From the NCBI GenBank assembly GCA_963818475.1, contig CAWFSF010000006.1:2112001-2176000 (forward strand): a stretch of DNA of 64,000 nucleotides, read 5' to 3'. Each line of letters begins with the position of its first letter. The first letter of the stretch is position 1. The position numbers were made by a program, and so were the translations under genes. This DNA comes from Nitrospirota bacterium. GTDB taxonomy: Bacteria; Nitrospirota; UBA9217. Shown here in pieces: positions 1 through 10,310 of this stretch. Below the pieces are notes generated by a model. It worked only from the letters and a program-made list of their open reading frames with translations, did no database searches and was not told the origin of the DNA.

Positions 1-1
1 T

Positions 2-1861
2 GTACGGCGTCGCATGGTTGCCGATGACTGATGAATCCTGCCAATCATTATCCATGTGCCATAGACCTACGAGACCTGTCTTGTTGATCCTTATTTCGCC
101 GGACTTTGTCGCTTCGACGTTTCCGGATTTGTCCGTAGACCGGTATGAGAGCGTGTTCACTCCATCGGTGTCCAGCCCAAAGGATGACGTATACGTTACC
201 CATGAAGTCCCGTCTAAACTATATTCGATCCTTGCAATGCCGGACCCTTCACCACCGTCCGAAGCCGTCAACGTTATGGTGACTGCGGAAGAATACCAGC
301 CATCTTTTCCCTTGGTCTCTTTCAGGGACAGTGTCGTGATTGGAGCTGACGTATCGTGGGTGGTGAACGCGATCTGCTGCTGGCCCTTGTTTCCGACAGC
401 GTCCGCGGGGTAAATCGTAACCAGGTAGCTATCGGAAGGAAGCGGCGTTGTGGACGGTGTGAAAATAATCGTTTTTGTTCCTGAATTCATCCACAAACCC
501 GAAACTGCCTGGCCGTCGGAATTCTTTATTGTGGCATCCACCCTGCTTTCGTCAAGATTGATGGAGGAATAAATATCAGTCAGATTGATCGCGACCGATG
601 TTACCGGTCTGGCCGTATCGGAATTATTCGCCGGGTACGTGCTTTCTATTACCGGCGGCATATTGTCATAGATGACCGATTTTGATACGGGAGAACTTTG
701 TTTGAATGTTGCATCAACGGCGACGATGTTCAGGAGATTTACTCCCGGCAGGAGAGTACCGTATGTTCCTAGCCATGCTGCAGTGTTGTCGAGCGGAGCG
801 ATTTTCTTATTGTTCACCCAGATGGAGGTGCTGATTGTCTTGCTCCCAGAGAGCGTAATGGTGCTGGTACCGACCACAGCGGGCACGGGATCGAGAATAG
901 GAGAAGGCGGGGCTGCTGGATCACCGGGAACGGCATTGGCATGTAATGCGATTTCTTCTGGTGTGAGGGCACGTTTATAAATGGCGACTTCATCGGTGAG
1001 ACCGTTAAAATATTGAACTCCGGAAGGGTCGCGCCCAAGGTTAAGGGGGGTAGTGCTCACTTTAAGAGCCGTAATTGTTGACGTTTTCGCTTGGACAGCC
1101 TGTATCCCATTTACATACAGATTGAGTACGCCGGCGTTGAACGTAGCTGCCACGTGATTCCATGCATTCACGATAATGGGCGCGGTTGTGGTAGCAAGAT
1201 TATCATATGCTGTGCCGGTGCCGCTGATGTCTACCCGCAGATTGCCTGACGGTGCAAGCCCGAATTGGTAGGAATAATTTCCCGAGCTGCCGAACTTGCT
1301 CACGATCTGGCGGTAGTTGCCGATGTCGCCTGGTTTAATCCATGCTTCCAGCGTCATGGCCGTCGTAAGGTCCAGGCTGGCGCTGTCTGCCACTTGAATA
1401 AAACTGCTGCTCCCGTTAAAACTGACAGCCTGTGTCCCGCCGTGATTATCAGTCGTAAATGCAGGTGCATTAACAGGAGCTCCATTGTTATTATTGCCTG
1501 ATGAATCAGCCCAATCTCCATCCATGTGCCACAGACCGACAAGATCCGGGTCACCCTGGTTCTCCGGATTCACTGCCAGTGTCACCGGCTTGCCCATGTA
1601 CATGCCGTCCGCTGACGTGAATGGATAAGACACGCTCACCGGCTTGCTGTCCAGCTCGCCATGCATCCCGGTCGGAACAGCAACGCTCACCGGTTTGCTG
1701 TCCAGTTCACCGTTTACCGAAGTAGGTACGGCGACAGAGACGGGGTAGGAGATGGTATTGGCTCCCACATTGGTGACACCTGCAGGAAATAGCAGTACAT
1801 AAGAGATCAGTATGTTCAACAGGGCTCTAAATTTCATTAGTGTCCTTTGACTTTCCGTCAT
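2..1861 (-). CDS. Large secreted LamG (Laminin_G_3)/Ig-like domain protein, 3' end outside window
   Basis: Not in the ORF track because it runs off the edge. Hand translation from ATG 1861 or 1837 gives a signal-like N-terminus (MKFRALLNILISYVLLFPAGV), PVSV repeats, LamG motifs (LVGLWHMDG, AMTLEAWIKP, WNHVAATF, LYVNG, DEVAIYKRAL), then beta-rich Ig-like sequence. Confidence 0.8.
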   Translation of the reverse strand, partial: MTESQRTLMKFRALLNILISYVLLFPAGVTNVGANTISYPVSVAVPTSVNGELDSKPVSVAVPTGMHGELDSKPVSVSYPFTSADGMYMGKPVTLAVNPENQGDPDLVGLWHMDGDWADSSGNNNNGAPVNAPAFTTDNHGGTQAVSFNGSSSFIQVADSASLDLTTAMTLEAWIKPGDIGNYRQIVSKFGSSGNYSYQFGLAPSGNLRVDISGTGTAYDNLATTTAPIIVNAWNHVAATFNAGVLNLYVNGIQAVQAKTSTITALKVSTTPLNLGRDPSGVQYFNGLTDEVAIYKRALTPEEIALHANAVPGDPAAPPSPILDPVPAVVGTSTITLSGSKTISTSIWVNNKKIAPLDNTAAWLGTYGTLLPGVNLLNIVAVDATFKQSSPVSKSVIYDNMPPVIESTYPANNSDTARPVTSVAINLTDIYSSINLDESRVDATIKNSDGQAVSGLWMNSGTKTIIFTPSTTPLPSDSYLVTIYPADAVGNKGQQQIAFTTHDTSAPITTLSLKETKGKDGWYSSAVTITLTASDGGEGSGIARIEYSLDGTSWVTYTSSFGLDTDGVNTLSYRSTDKSGNVEATKSGEIRINKTGLVGLWHMDNDWQDSSVIGNHATPY

Positions 1862-1939
1862 GGAGCGTTAAAGTGAGAACCAATAGGTGCCGCTAAGACG
1901 CGAAGGCATTTAAATTCATTACTGCTTTGCCCACGTTAG

Positions 1940-1974
1940 CCCTCTCCCCACAGGGGAGAGGGTTGGGTGAGGGG
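1940..1974. repeat. REP-like palindrome CCCTCTCCCC-ACA-GGGGAGAGGG-TTGGGTGAGGGG
   Basis: Perfect 10-bp stem; a near-identical copy lies at 46109-46143. Confidence 0.75.
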
Positions 1975-1998
1975 ATTTTCAAGATGTAACAAAGCTAT

Positions 1999-3405
1999 TT
2001 ACGATTTCAACTGCTTCGCCGGTATTTCCTTGCCGCTCGCGGTGATATAGGTCATCGTGGAACCGCCACCCATGGCCGCTTCTACCCGTACCTTCTCAAT
2101 CAGTTCCCCCTGAGCATAGATCGGTCCCATGCCGAGAGAGGCAAGCTGGAACGTCACGGATGCAGTCAGAATAGATGGATAGGCTTTAGATATGTTTATC
2201 TGGATAGAAGCGGAAGACGAGGTGTCTGTTCCAGCCAGAGTTCCCGTCGCCGTCGTAGCCGTCCCGACAGCAGGAGACGCCTTGAGCGTGATCGTAGTGT
2301 TGGCAGGAATATTTGCGCCTGCAAGGACTACCGTAATTGGATTCTGCATATTAAACGGCAGCATCATATCAGGTGACCCGTAAGAACCTTTAGGAACGGA
2401 AGGAGAGTCCACACCGCCCGCTGAAGTAATAGTGAGCGTCGGCATGTTCTGCGGAACAACGGCATAGGGATAATCAAGGGAGAAAGGGGGGGTCGTTCCA
2501 GCTGTCCGCGTGACGCTCGAAGCTTCAAGACGAATTCTACCAATACCACCAGCACCACCGAAACCCCAGCTTGAAGAACCGCCGGTGCCACCAGTAGCAG
2601 ATAGCGTGCCATTCCCGGAAATAGTATTTGCGATGAGCCTTATACCTCCGCCACTACCACCACCACCGCTGCCAGCGTATCCATTACTTTCCCCGAGTGC
2701 ACCTGTTCCCCCATTAGCAGTGATAGCGCCGGTAAGATTAATAATGCCGGACGACGCGATAACAATTGCACCGCCCCCTCCGCCACCCGCTCCACCTACT
2801 AAATTTGTGTTACCAGAACCTCCACCACCACCAGACCCTCCAATTTGAGGAAGAATCCGTTCATTTCCGTAACTGGAACCTCCTGCACCGCCCGTAGAAG
2901 AAGAATAAGTGCCACCAGTTCCACCATTTACCGCAAATCCACCACCACCGCCGCCACCCGCAGGATTACCGTTGGCTGTGTTTGGAGAAGCTCCCCAGCC
3001 ACCCCCAGGCCCCTCGCCTCTTTTGCCAGCCTGAATCACAACCCCGCCTTGTCCACCATCAAAACCGCCGGGCCCGCCAACTCCCGGAATTATATAACTA
3101 CCGCTAGAACCATTAAGATTAATGGTTCCGGCAATCGTCACGTCACCCGTAGTGAGCATCGTTACCGGAGTATTCTGCGAGTTCTTCTTGAACGTGACCG
3201 TCACTCCGGAAGGGATATTGATGGTCGTAAAGTTGAATATGCCGCTTTCCGGGATCTGCAGTACCGTATTGCTCGTCGGCGCAAATTCACCGTCCGCGCC
3301 GGTGCTGCCGCTGTCGAATGCGGCATACGCCGCACGACCGGGCAAGATGCATAGCGCCAGGATCAAGAAGCTCAACATAACCTTACTCAGTGCGTACCGT
3401 TTCAT
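1999..3405 (-). CDS. Secreted glycine-rich protein (polyglycine-II/PE-PGRS-like repeats)
   Basis: Signal peptide ending AAYA; repeated GGxGGGGG tracts separated by short beta strands (GGGAIVIAS, GGGIRLIA); AGGAGG RBS. Confidence 0.8.
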   Translation of the reverse strand: MKRYALSKVMLSFLILALCILPGRAAYAAFDSGSTGADGEFAPTSNTVLQIPESGIFNFTTINIPSGVTVTFKKNSQNTPVTMLTTGDVTIAGTINLNGSSGSYIIPGVGGPGGFDGGQGGVVIQAGKRGEGPGGGWGASPNTANGNPAGGGGGGGFAVNGGTGGTYSSSTGGAGGSSYGNERILPQIGGSGGGGGSGNTNLVGGAGGGGGGAIVIASSGIINLTGAITANGGTGALGESNGYAGSGGGGSGGGIRLIANTISGNGTLSATGGTGGSSSWGFGGAGGIGRIRLEASSVTRTAGTTPPFSLDYPYAVVPQNMPTLTITSAGGVDSPSVPKGSYGSPDMMLPFNMQNPITVVLAGANIPANTTITLKASPAVGTATTATGTLAGTDTSSSASIQINISKAYPSILTASVTFQLASLGMGPIYAQGELIEKVRVEAAMGGGSTMTYITASGKEIPAKQLKS

Positions 3406-3921
3406 ATCAATAAACCTCCTCTACTCCATGCATGACCGGATTTACTTGAATTTTCATTCACATATTCATAATGCTGACTTTAAGCAAACAAAAATATTAG
3501 TCGTCAAATCATTGTCTCGATGCGCCGGTGCCGTACAGCGCTCCGCTTGCGAGGCATTCGTAATTGAAAGTGCCCAAGTATAGCACCCACTTTATGTTTG
3601 TCAACCTTTAGTATTATTGTTTTTATCAAAACGTTAACTCAAGTGATATAAAAGCCTTGCTATTAGCGGCTTGAGCAGGGGTCGGGGTATTTTCAGGGTA
3701 TATGCAAAAGGATGCCAATAGTTGCAAAATATAGGGTTAAAATGCAGATTTTTCCGGTTTTCTCGCGGTCGGATCCCTTTGACATAGCTCGATGCATGGC
3801 GGTCACTTGATAGAAAGGGGCGCTAATTCAGAGCATACTAAAACTAAGGATGGATGCATCCCAACGATCGTGGGGTAGCGATAGAGGGCTGTAGCTGTAG
3901 GGTGGTTGTACTGAATCCAAT

Positions 3922-3957
3922 AAAAAAGAGGCTACAGCATGTGCTGTAACCTCTTGA
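3922..3957 (-). terminator. Rho-independent terminator downstream of tRNA-fMet
   Basis: Minus strand reads AAGAGGTTACAGCA-CA-TGCTGTAGCCTCTT followed by a T tract. Confidence 0.7.
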
Positions 3958-3963
3958 TTAGTT

Positions 3964-4040
<77 letters not shown>

Positions 4041-4050
4041 ATGAGGTTGC

Positions 4051-4079
4051 ATAGTAAATCACAACCGTCCGAATGTCAA
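4051..4079 (-). promoter_or_regulatory. Sigma70 promoter of tRNA-fMet
   Basis: TTGACA-17 nt-TACTAT, about 10 nt upstream of the tRNA 5' end. Confidence 0.75.
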
Positions 4080-4084
4080 GATAA

Positions 4085-5557
4085 TTATAGGATCTTCGGC
4101 GGTTTTGTATCAAGAAACACGTTCAGTACCGGCGACGGAGCACTTGCATTGCCCGGTTCGTCATAGGCGATCGCGGTAATGCCGTTGTTGCCCTCGGTCA
4201 GCGTCAGCTGCATGGAAAAAGCTCCTTTTTCGTCGGCCTTGACCGTTGTTTTGGTCGCGCTGTTCACATAGACGTCGATCTTTGCACCCGGCTCGGTCGT
4301 GCCGGTCAGCGTCAGCGCCGGGATCCGCGTCACCGGCGGCAGCGCATTCAGGGTTGGCGAAGCCGGGGGGGTGGTCTTCAGCACCACATTGATGGTCGCG
4401 GGCTTTGCCTGGTTGCCCGCCCGGTCCACAGCGGTTGCCGTGATCGTGTTCTTGCCTTCGATCAGGTTCACACTGGACAGGGTGAACACGCCCTTCGAGA
4501 CCTGGACCGGGGTGTTGTTGATCTTGACCATGGCCATGGGATCATTGACCGTGCCGGTGACCGTAATCATCTTCTTGTTCGTCACCATCATCTCTTTCGG
4601 TTCGGTCAGCGTAATGGTGGGCGCGATCGTATCAACCGTGATCTTGACCGAGACCGTGGCCGCGTTGCCTGCCAGGCTCACGGCCTTGACCACGATCACG
4701 TTCGGGCCTTCATCCATCTTCACATTTGCCGTGAAGGTGCCCGAAGCGAGCACGGCCTGCACTTCCTGGCCCGTGCGCGTTGCAACGGTGACCGACGCCA
4801 CGTTTTTGTCCGCCGTACCCGTTACCGTGACCGTGCCGGTGCTCAGCAGGCTGTTCGAAGACGGCGCCGTAATATTGATCACGGGCGGCTTGCTGTCCAG
4901 GACCAGGATGACGCTGTCGCTTCCCGTGTTCCCGAACTCGTCGGTCACGGTGGCTGTTACGGTATTAGTGCCTTCGACCAGGTTTACCCTGGCGCTGAAA
5001 GCTTCTTTTTCAACAGCAGCGACCACGCCGTTCACCACGATCCTTGCCCTGCTGTCATTCACCGTACCGACGATCAGAACAGGCGAGTTGTTCAAGAACT
5101 GGTTTGGTTTGTGCGACGTTATCTTCACGACCGGCGGCAGGGTATGGATCGTGAAAGACCAGAGGGTCGATTCGGTGTTGCCGGCCTTGTCAACGATATC
5201 GAGCTTCACCTTATGGCTTCCGTCAGTCAGGGGCGCTGCCGGCACATAGGTGATCTTGTTCTGCATGATCTGAGCGGCTGCTGAAACGTCCTGGCCGTCA
5301 ACGTACATTTTGCTGTCCGTGGTGCTGACGCCGATGCCGTCATCCATGTATTCCGCAGCGATCGTCGGCTTCGAGTTGTTGATCAAGCCGCCATCACGCG
5401 GAGTCAGGCTCATCTTCGTGTCTGGAGCTGTTTGCACGGCAACAGCCGTTCTCTTTACGGTCGTCTTGCGCAAAGCCTTTTTCTCAGCAGCAACAGCCGT
5501 TCCCGCCTGTGAACAGAACAGAACGGCCATAAGGATCGTCATGCAGCGTAACAACAT
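4085..5557 (-). CDS. Secreted tandem bacterial Ig-like domain protein
   Basis: Signal peptide; about five ~90-aa repeats of the type LxEGxNxITxTAxDxAGN...DTxPP. Confidence 0.85.
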   Translation of the reverse strand: MLLRCMTILMAVLFCSQAGTAVAAEKKALRKTTVKRTAVAVQTAPDTKMSLTPRDGGLINNSKPTIAAEYMDDGIGVSTTDSKMYVDGQDVSAAAQIMQNKITYVPAAPLTDGSHKVKLDIVDKAGNTESTLWSFTIHTLPPVVKITSHKPNQFLNNSPVLIVGTVNDSRARIVVNGVVAAVEKEAFSARVNLVEGTNTVTATVTDEFGNTGSDSVILVLDSKPPVINITAPSSNSLLSTGTVTVTGTADKNVASVTVATRTGQEVQAVLASGTFTANVKMDEGPNVIVVKAVSLAGNAATVSVKITVDTIAPTITLTEPKEMMVTNKKMITVTGTVNDPMAMVKINNTPVQVSKGVFTLSSVNLIEGKNTITATAVDRAGNQAKPATINVVLKTTPPASPTLNALPPVTRIPALTLTGTTEPGAKIDVYVNSATKTTVKADEKGAFSMQLTLTEGNNGITAIAYDEPGNASAPSPVLNVFLDTKPPKIL

Positions 5558-5785
5558 GGAATGCCTCCCATAACCTTAAAAAATATATAAACCAAAACAG
5601 CAGTACGTTATCAAAAGGAGCCTGTATTGTCAATTATTTATTTTTCAAAAAACATCTTTTATTGTCAGCCGGCTGTTCTACGTACGGTTGCTCTATTGCT
5701 TGGAAACTGAGCAAAGGGTCGGATCTTGCCGCAGGGTCGTTGCAGCGGAGCACGGAGCATAGATGACACACGGAGCATAGATGCA

Positions 5786-5814
5786 TTGACATATCAATAT
5801 AAATATGGTATAAA
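5786..5814 (+). promoter_or_regulatory. Sigma70 promoter for lytic transglycosylase gene
   Basis: TTGACA-17 nt-TATAAA with a TG extended -10. Confidence 0.75.
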
Positions 5815-5860
5815 GTCTATAAGAATTGAGCACTTGAATTGAGTCTGAAAGGGGCATCTG

Positions 5861-6595
5861 TTGAGAACCGCTGTTGCCGCGTTTTTTGCAACTCTGATCG
5901 TTTCCCTGGTGCCCCCGGTTGCCCATGCTGATATTTATCAGTATACCGATGGGAACGGAGTATTGCATTTCACCAACGTTAGTGGCGGCAAGAACCACAA
6001 ACGGGTGAGATCAGAATCCCCGAAGAAGATCCAGCCTGAGACAGCCTTCCTCCCGCAGGAATCAACGCCCTCAAGAAATACGATTTCTTCGGCAAATATG
6101 CCGAGCACCTATCTCGACATCATCCAGTCCGCCTGCAACCGGCACGGTGTTGATCCGGCGCTGGTGCATGCGCTCGTGAAGGTCGAATCGGACTTTAACC
6201 CCTATGCCCTGTCCAGGAAAGGGGCCATGGGCCTCATGCAGCTCATGCCGCAGACGGCCATGGACATGGACGTGCAGAACTCCTTTGATCCGAGCGACAA
6301 CGTCGACGGCGGCGTCAAATATCTCCGCTATCTCATCGACCGGTACGAAGGGAACCTTTCGCTGGCGCTCGCTGCATACAACTCAGGAGAGACCGCAGTC
6401 AAGAAATGGGGGACCATCCCGCCCTTCAAGGAAACACAGAACTATGTACAGCGGGTCCTCGGATTGTATAACGGAAAGAAAAAGCTGCACGTCCCGCGCT
6501 ACACGGTCTACATGGGATACGCCGAGGACGGTTCTCTGCTCGTCTCGGACACTCCGCAGCCCGGCCAAAAAAAGATCTCCCGAAGAGACCTCTGA
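5861..6595 (+). CDS. Lytic transglycosylase (SLT domain) with N-terminal DUF4124-like domain
   Basis: IYQYTDGNGVLHFTN motif; SLT motifs VESDFNP, GAMGLMQLMP, ALAAYNSG, ETQNYV. Confidence 0.9.
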   Translation: MRTAVAAFFATLIVSLVPPVAHADIYQYTDGNGVLHFTNVSGGKNHKRVRSESPKKIQPETAFLPQESTPSRNTISSANMPSTYLDIIQSACNRHGVDPALVHALVKVESDFNPYALSRKGAMGLMQLMPQTAMDMDVQNSFDPSDNVDGGVKYLRYLIDRYEGNLSLALAAYNSGETAVKKWGTIPPFKETQNYVQRVLGLYNGKKKLHVPRYTVYMGYAEDGSLLVSDTPQPGQKKISRRDL

Positions 6596-6598
6596 TCC

Positions 6599-7045
6599 CT
6601 AGATCCAGACCACCTTATCGAAGTCCTGCAATCCTTCCACAATATGGTTCGTCGTGCCCCGATGGCCGACCTTGAGCTTTGACTCAAGGTCATAGTGCTT
6701 GAGGCAGGTGCCGCAGGAGTACATCTCGACGCCCATGGCCTCGATTTCCTTCAACACGCCCGCGGTTTCGTCGTTCACCGTGGTGAGCTTGACGCCTGCA
6801 TTCAGGAAAAAGATCGTGTGCGGAAGCTGCTTCGTCGCCTTCATCGTATCGAAAAACCCTTTTACCAGTTTTTTCCCGAGTTCCTCGTCCTTGCCAAGAG
6901 CATCGGTGCCGATGATGAGCAGCAGATGTTTCTTGTCCCCCGTCTCCGGATTCAGCCTTCCTGCTTCCGCCTTCGTACTACAGCAGTTATTTGACAACTG
7001 TTCCGCACTCCGCGATCCGCATTCGTTTTGCATATTATCCCTCAA
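6599..7045 (-). CDS. yedF: Selenium metabolism protein YedF-like (DsrE fold, no TusA domain)
   Basis: G-DEELGKKLVKGFF, IFFLNAGVKL and SCGTCL motifs; downstream of selD. Confidence 0.8.
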   Translation of the reverse strand: MRDNMQNECGSRSAEQLSNNCCSTKAEAGRLNPETGDKKHLLLIIGTDALGKDEELGKKLVKGFFDTMKATKQLPHTIFFLNAGVKLTTVNDETAGVLKEIEAMGVEMYSCGTCLKHYDLESKLKVGHRGTTNHIVEGLQDFDKVVWI

Positions 7046-7106
7046 TTCCCCTGTTCCGCATCCTCATTCCCGCTGCTTTGTTCACGAATTCCGCATTCCG
7101 CATCCG
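7000..7106. repeat. Imperfect heptamer tandem repeats (TTCCGCA-type)
   Basis: ttccgcactccgcgatccgcattc ... ttccgcattccgcatcc; overlaps the yedF start. Confidence 0.65.
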
Positions 7107-7116
7107 GGAACTATCG

Positions 7117-7899
7117 TTATTTAACAATATCGCTCCAGACCTTGACCGCGGTAGCCAAAATAAGCGCAGCGAGCAGCCATCGTAAGAACTGTGTTCTTGT
7201 CCTCTTCCCCACGATGCTGCCCCATCGTGCAGCGGGAATGGCGCCAAGGACCAGCGGCAGTGCCATCAGAAAAGGCACCTGCGACGTGGCGACCTTCCCG
7301 ATCAACCCAGCCGAGGACGAGAAGAGCCCGATGGCAAGGGTGCTGCCGAGGGCGACCCGCAGGGGGATCTTCAAAACATACAGCATCATCGGTATCAGGA
7401 TGAACGCCCCGCCCTGCCCTACCAGGCCGATGGAGAAGCCGAGCGCGATGCCGATAACCACCGCGGTCGGCTTATGATACACAACCGCATCCTCGGTCAA
7501 ATCGTCCTCTCCATAACTGCGCGGGACGAGCATCATGCCCGCTGCGATCAATGCCAAGGTCCCGAAGACCAGAAGCAGGAGGCCGTCAGGCACCTGCTTT
7601 GACACCAGCGAACCGATAAGCGACGACAGGAACAGCGAAGAACCGAGCGTCAGAACGAGCGATCTGTTCACGAGCGCGTTTTTGTGGTAGAAGAACAGCG
7701 CCGTCAGGGCGGAAAAAAAACCCTGGGCCATCGTGAGGCCGGTGATATCTTTGACGTCGATGCCGCCAAGGCCCAAAAGCGGCGGCACATAGAGCAGGAG
7801 CGGGAACATGACGATCCCGCCGCCGATGCCGAGCAGGCCCGCGAGAAATCCGACGGACAGGCCCACCAGTGCCAGGAACAGATACAGAGTGACGTCCAT
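7117..7899 (-). CDS. TauE/SafE-family (sulfite exporter) transporter
   Basis: GFLAGLLGIGGG and GLVGQGGAFILIP duplicated motifs; ATG lies 1 nt after the selD stop. Confidence 0.9.
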   Translation of the reverse strand: MDVTLYLFLALVGLSVGFLAGLLGIGGGIVMFPLLLYVPPLLGLGGIDVKDITGLTMAQGFFSALTALFFYHKNALVNRSLVLTLGSSLFLSSLIGSLVSKQVPDGLLLLVFGTLALIAAGMMLVPRSYGEDDLTEDAVVYHKPTAVVIGIALGFSIGLVGQGGAFILIPMMLYVLKIPLRVALGSTLAIGLFSSSAGLIGKVATSQVPFLMALPLVLGAIPAARWGSIVGKRTRTQFLRWLLAALILATAVKVWSDIVK

Positions 7900-7900
7900 G

Positions 7901-8948
7901 CTATTGCTCCACAAAGATCCGTTTCGTACCCTGTCCCGCCCCGTCCTGTACATCGCCGATATAAGCTGCCAGGATATTCTCCTTCTGCAGCGCCGCGATA
8001 AGCCGCGCCTTGTTCTCCTGGGACACGAATATCAGGAGGCCGCCCGAGGTCTGAGCATCGTTCATCAGGATCCGGTCAATCGCGGAAACGTCGGCGCTCC
8101 ATTCCACAATGGGATCATAGCTCTTCTGGTTTGCCCGCGTGCCCCCCGGGACCATGCCCAGTCTCCGCGATTGTTATTGCCTCTTCAAAAACAGGGACCT
8201 GACGCGCGTGGAGACGCGCCGTGCGCTTACTCGCCGTCAGCACCTCGTTCAGGTGTCCGATGAGGCCGAAGCCGGTGATATCCGTGGCCGTGCTGACACC
8301 CACCTCGAGCATGATCTCTCCGGCCCGCTTGTTGAGCGTAGCCATGGATTTGGTGAACGCTTCCGCGGTCACGGCACTGCATTTCCCGGCTTTGATCCCG
8401 GTCGAGATCACGCCGGTGCCGATCGGTTTCGTGAGGATCAGGGCGTCGCCTGGTTGCGCTTTTGCATTATCGAGTATTTTATCCGGGTGGACATTCCCCA
8501 TGATGGCATACCCGAACTTCGGTTCCTTGTCCTTGACCGTATGGCCGCCGATGATGAACACGCCGGCCTCGGTCATCTTGTCGATGCCGCCCTGCATGAT
8601 CTTTTTGTTGATCTCGTAAAACTCCGCTCCCGCCGGAAGCGCCGCGATGTTCAGGGCGACCAGCGGCCTGCCGCCCATGGCGTAGACGTCGGAGAGCGAA
8701 TTGGCGGCCGCGATCGCGCCGAACCAGTAGGGATCGTCCACGATCGGGGTGAAGAAATCCGCGGTCAGGACCATGGCGATCTCGTCGGTAATGCGGTAGA
8801 CGCCGGCGTCGTCGGCATTTGAGGCGCCGACCAGCACGTTCGGATCGGTTATCTGTGGCAATTGTCCCAGGACCTGGGACAGTTCAGCAGGGCTGAATTT
8901 TGACGCTCAACCTGCGCAGCTGGAAAGTTGTGTAAGTTTGATTTCCAC
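7901..8948 (-). CDS. selD: Selenide, water dikinase SelD; selenoprotein (Sec at codon 14, TGA 8907-8909); apparent 1-nt frameshift near 8160
   Basis: GTG 8948 gives MEIKLTQLSSCAG-U-ASKFSPAEL, in frame with ORF 8115-8861 (DDAGV, DFFTPIVDDP, AANSLSDVYAMGG, DITGFGL); C-terminal DAQTSGGLL lies in the shifted frame. Confidence 0.95.
8863..8897 (-). promoter_or_regulatory. Candidate SECIS hairpins of selD
   Basis: TTCAGC-CCT-GCTGAA and TGTCCCAG-GTC-CTGGGACA lie just 3' of the UGA. Confidence 0.65.
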
Positions 8949-9092
8949 AGTCCACCACCCCCCGTCATTTCAGTCATGTTCATCTATGATTCCGGTATAC
9001 TTTACGACAGGGGAGGCGAGAGTGTCAATGAGGAAATGACTGATGGGATTTTAACCATCGGTCTCGAGGAGGTACCGCGGAGCGCTGCCGCA

Positions 9093-9743
9093 TCATGCCT
9101 TCCGGATGCCGTCAATGAGCAAATAGGTGTCATGCTTCACATATCGCGTTCCCGTCACGATCAGGTTGGGATTGTTCTGAACATGCGCCAGTGTCTGCCG
9201 GTCGAATCGCGCGCCGTACACTTTTTCAACAAAACGCGCAAAACGGTCCTGCCTTTTTCTCAAAGCAGGATTTTCTGAATACTTCATTTCCAGAAGGCGG
9301 AACCTGCCGCCGGGTTTGAGCACGCGGGCAAACTCCGTGATTGCCTGGTCCTGCAGTTCATCGGGCAGAACGCAGCAGAGGAAGAACGAAACTACCCAGT
9401 CGTAGCGGTCCGAAGGAATGGTCTCCATCCTGCAGGCATCCTCATGGACAAACCGGACCGTGCAGGATGCCTCGTTGCACCGTTTCGAAGCGCGTTTCAG
9501 CATGGCAGGGCTGAAGTCAACAGCGGTCAGGTTGACCCCGGGCTGGTAATGCTTCAAGTTTCGTCCGGTCCCGATCCCCGCTTCCAGCACCTCACCGTCT
9601 ACATCAGCCAAAAGCTCAGGCCGCCATTTCCGGTATTGGAGTTCCCAGGGGTAATCCAGAATATCGTATACCCATGCGGTGATGGCATAGCGTTTCTGAT
9701 TCAGGAGATTCAGCTCGTGGAGATCAAGTTGTTTGAACTTCAT
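9093..9743 (-). CDS. Class I SAM-dependent methyltransferase
   Basis: VLEAGIGTG motif I, DFSPAML, FFLCCV, RVLKPGG; GGAG RBS before ATG 9743. Confidence 0.9.
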   Translation of the reverse strand: MKFKQLDLHELNLLNQKRYAITAWVYDILDYPWELQYRKWRPELLADVDGEVLEAGIGTGRNLKHYQPGVNLTAVDFSPAMLKRASKRCNEASCTVRFVHEDACRMETIPSDRYDWVVSFFLCCVLPDELQDQAITEFARVLKPGGRFRLLEMKYSENPALRKRQDRFARFVEKVYGARFDRQTLAHVQNNPNLIVTGTRYVKHDTYLLIDGIRKA

Positions 9744-9851
9744 GACAGCGCATCTCCTTTCTGTAAAAATACGATCATCCTTATGGGGCTGGGATTTCAA
9801 CTTCTTGTACAGGATCAGACTCTATCCTGCGATGAACATCGCACCCCGGCT

Positions 9852-10274
9852 TTAGAACGTAAGATTCATGTCCGCCGGTATGACCGTATCTTTGTAATAT
9901 TTTGCGGGATCGGCAACCTTCACGCCGTCGATGAGATCATTCTTCTGGATATTGAAGAGCGCCACGTTCAAAGGGCAGGCAAGAACAGTCCCGCCCTCCG
10001 CGATCAGCATGAAGAAAAGGTCTTCTACGGAGGGAAGCTCCATCTCCTCCATTTTTTTCATCACTGCGTCGCCTTCTTCCTTGGGCTGGTCAGGAAGACA
10101 TTTCAGCATCTTCACCTTTTCCTTGTGGACCGCGTTGATTCCGCGCGAGCCGAAAAACATAGTCACCTTCGAGCCTTCCCGCAGCAGGCTCAATGCTGTC
10201 ATAAGGGCGTTGTAGACTTGACAAAGTTCCTCATGGAAACACATCACCGAAACGTTTTTCACGATCTTAGGCAT
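9852..10274 (-). CDS. DsrE2/DrsE-like sulfur-transfer family protein
   Basis: VTMFFGSRG and LACPLNV motifs; MEEMELPSVEDLF segment typical of DsrE2. Confidence 0.8.
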   Translation of the reverse strand: MPKIVKNVSVMCFHEELCQVYNALMTALSLLREGSKVTMFFGSRGINAVHKEKVKMLKCLPDQPKEEGDAVMKKMEEMELPSVEDLFFMLIAEGGTVLACPLNVALFNIQKNDLIDGVKVADPAKYYKDTVIPADMNLTF

Positions 10275-10310
10275 GGCACTCTTCCTCCTTTGGCGAAAAT
10301 TCGCGAACTT

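Noticed and set aside
3701-3720. Possible sigma54 promoter (TTGGCATCCTTTTGCA) upstream of the Gly-rich gene
   Set aside because: The GG-to-GC spacing is one base short of the strict -24/-12 requirement; it would be valid only if the T run has a deletion error.
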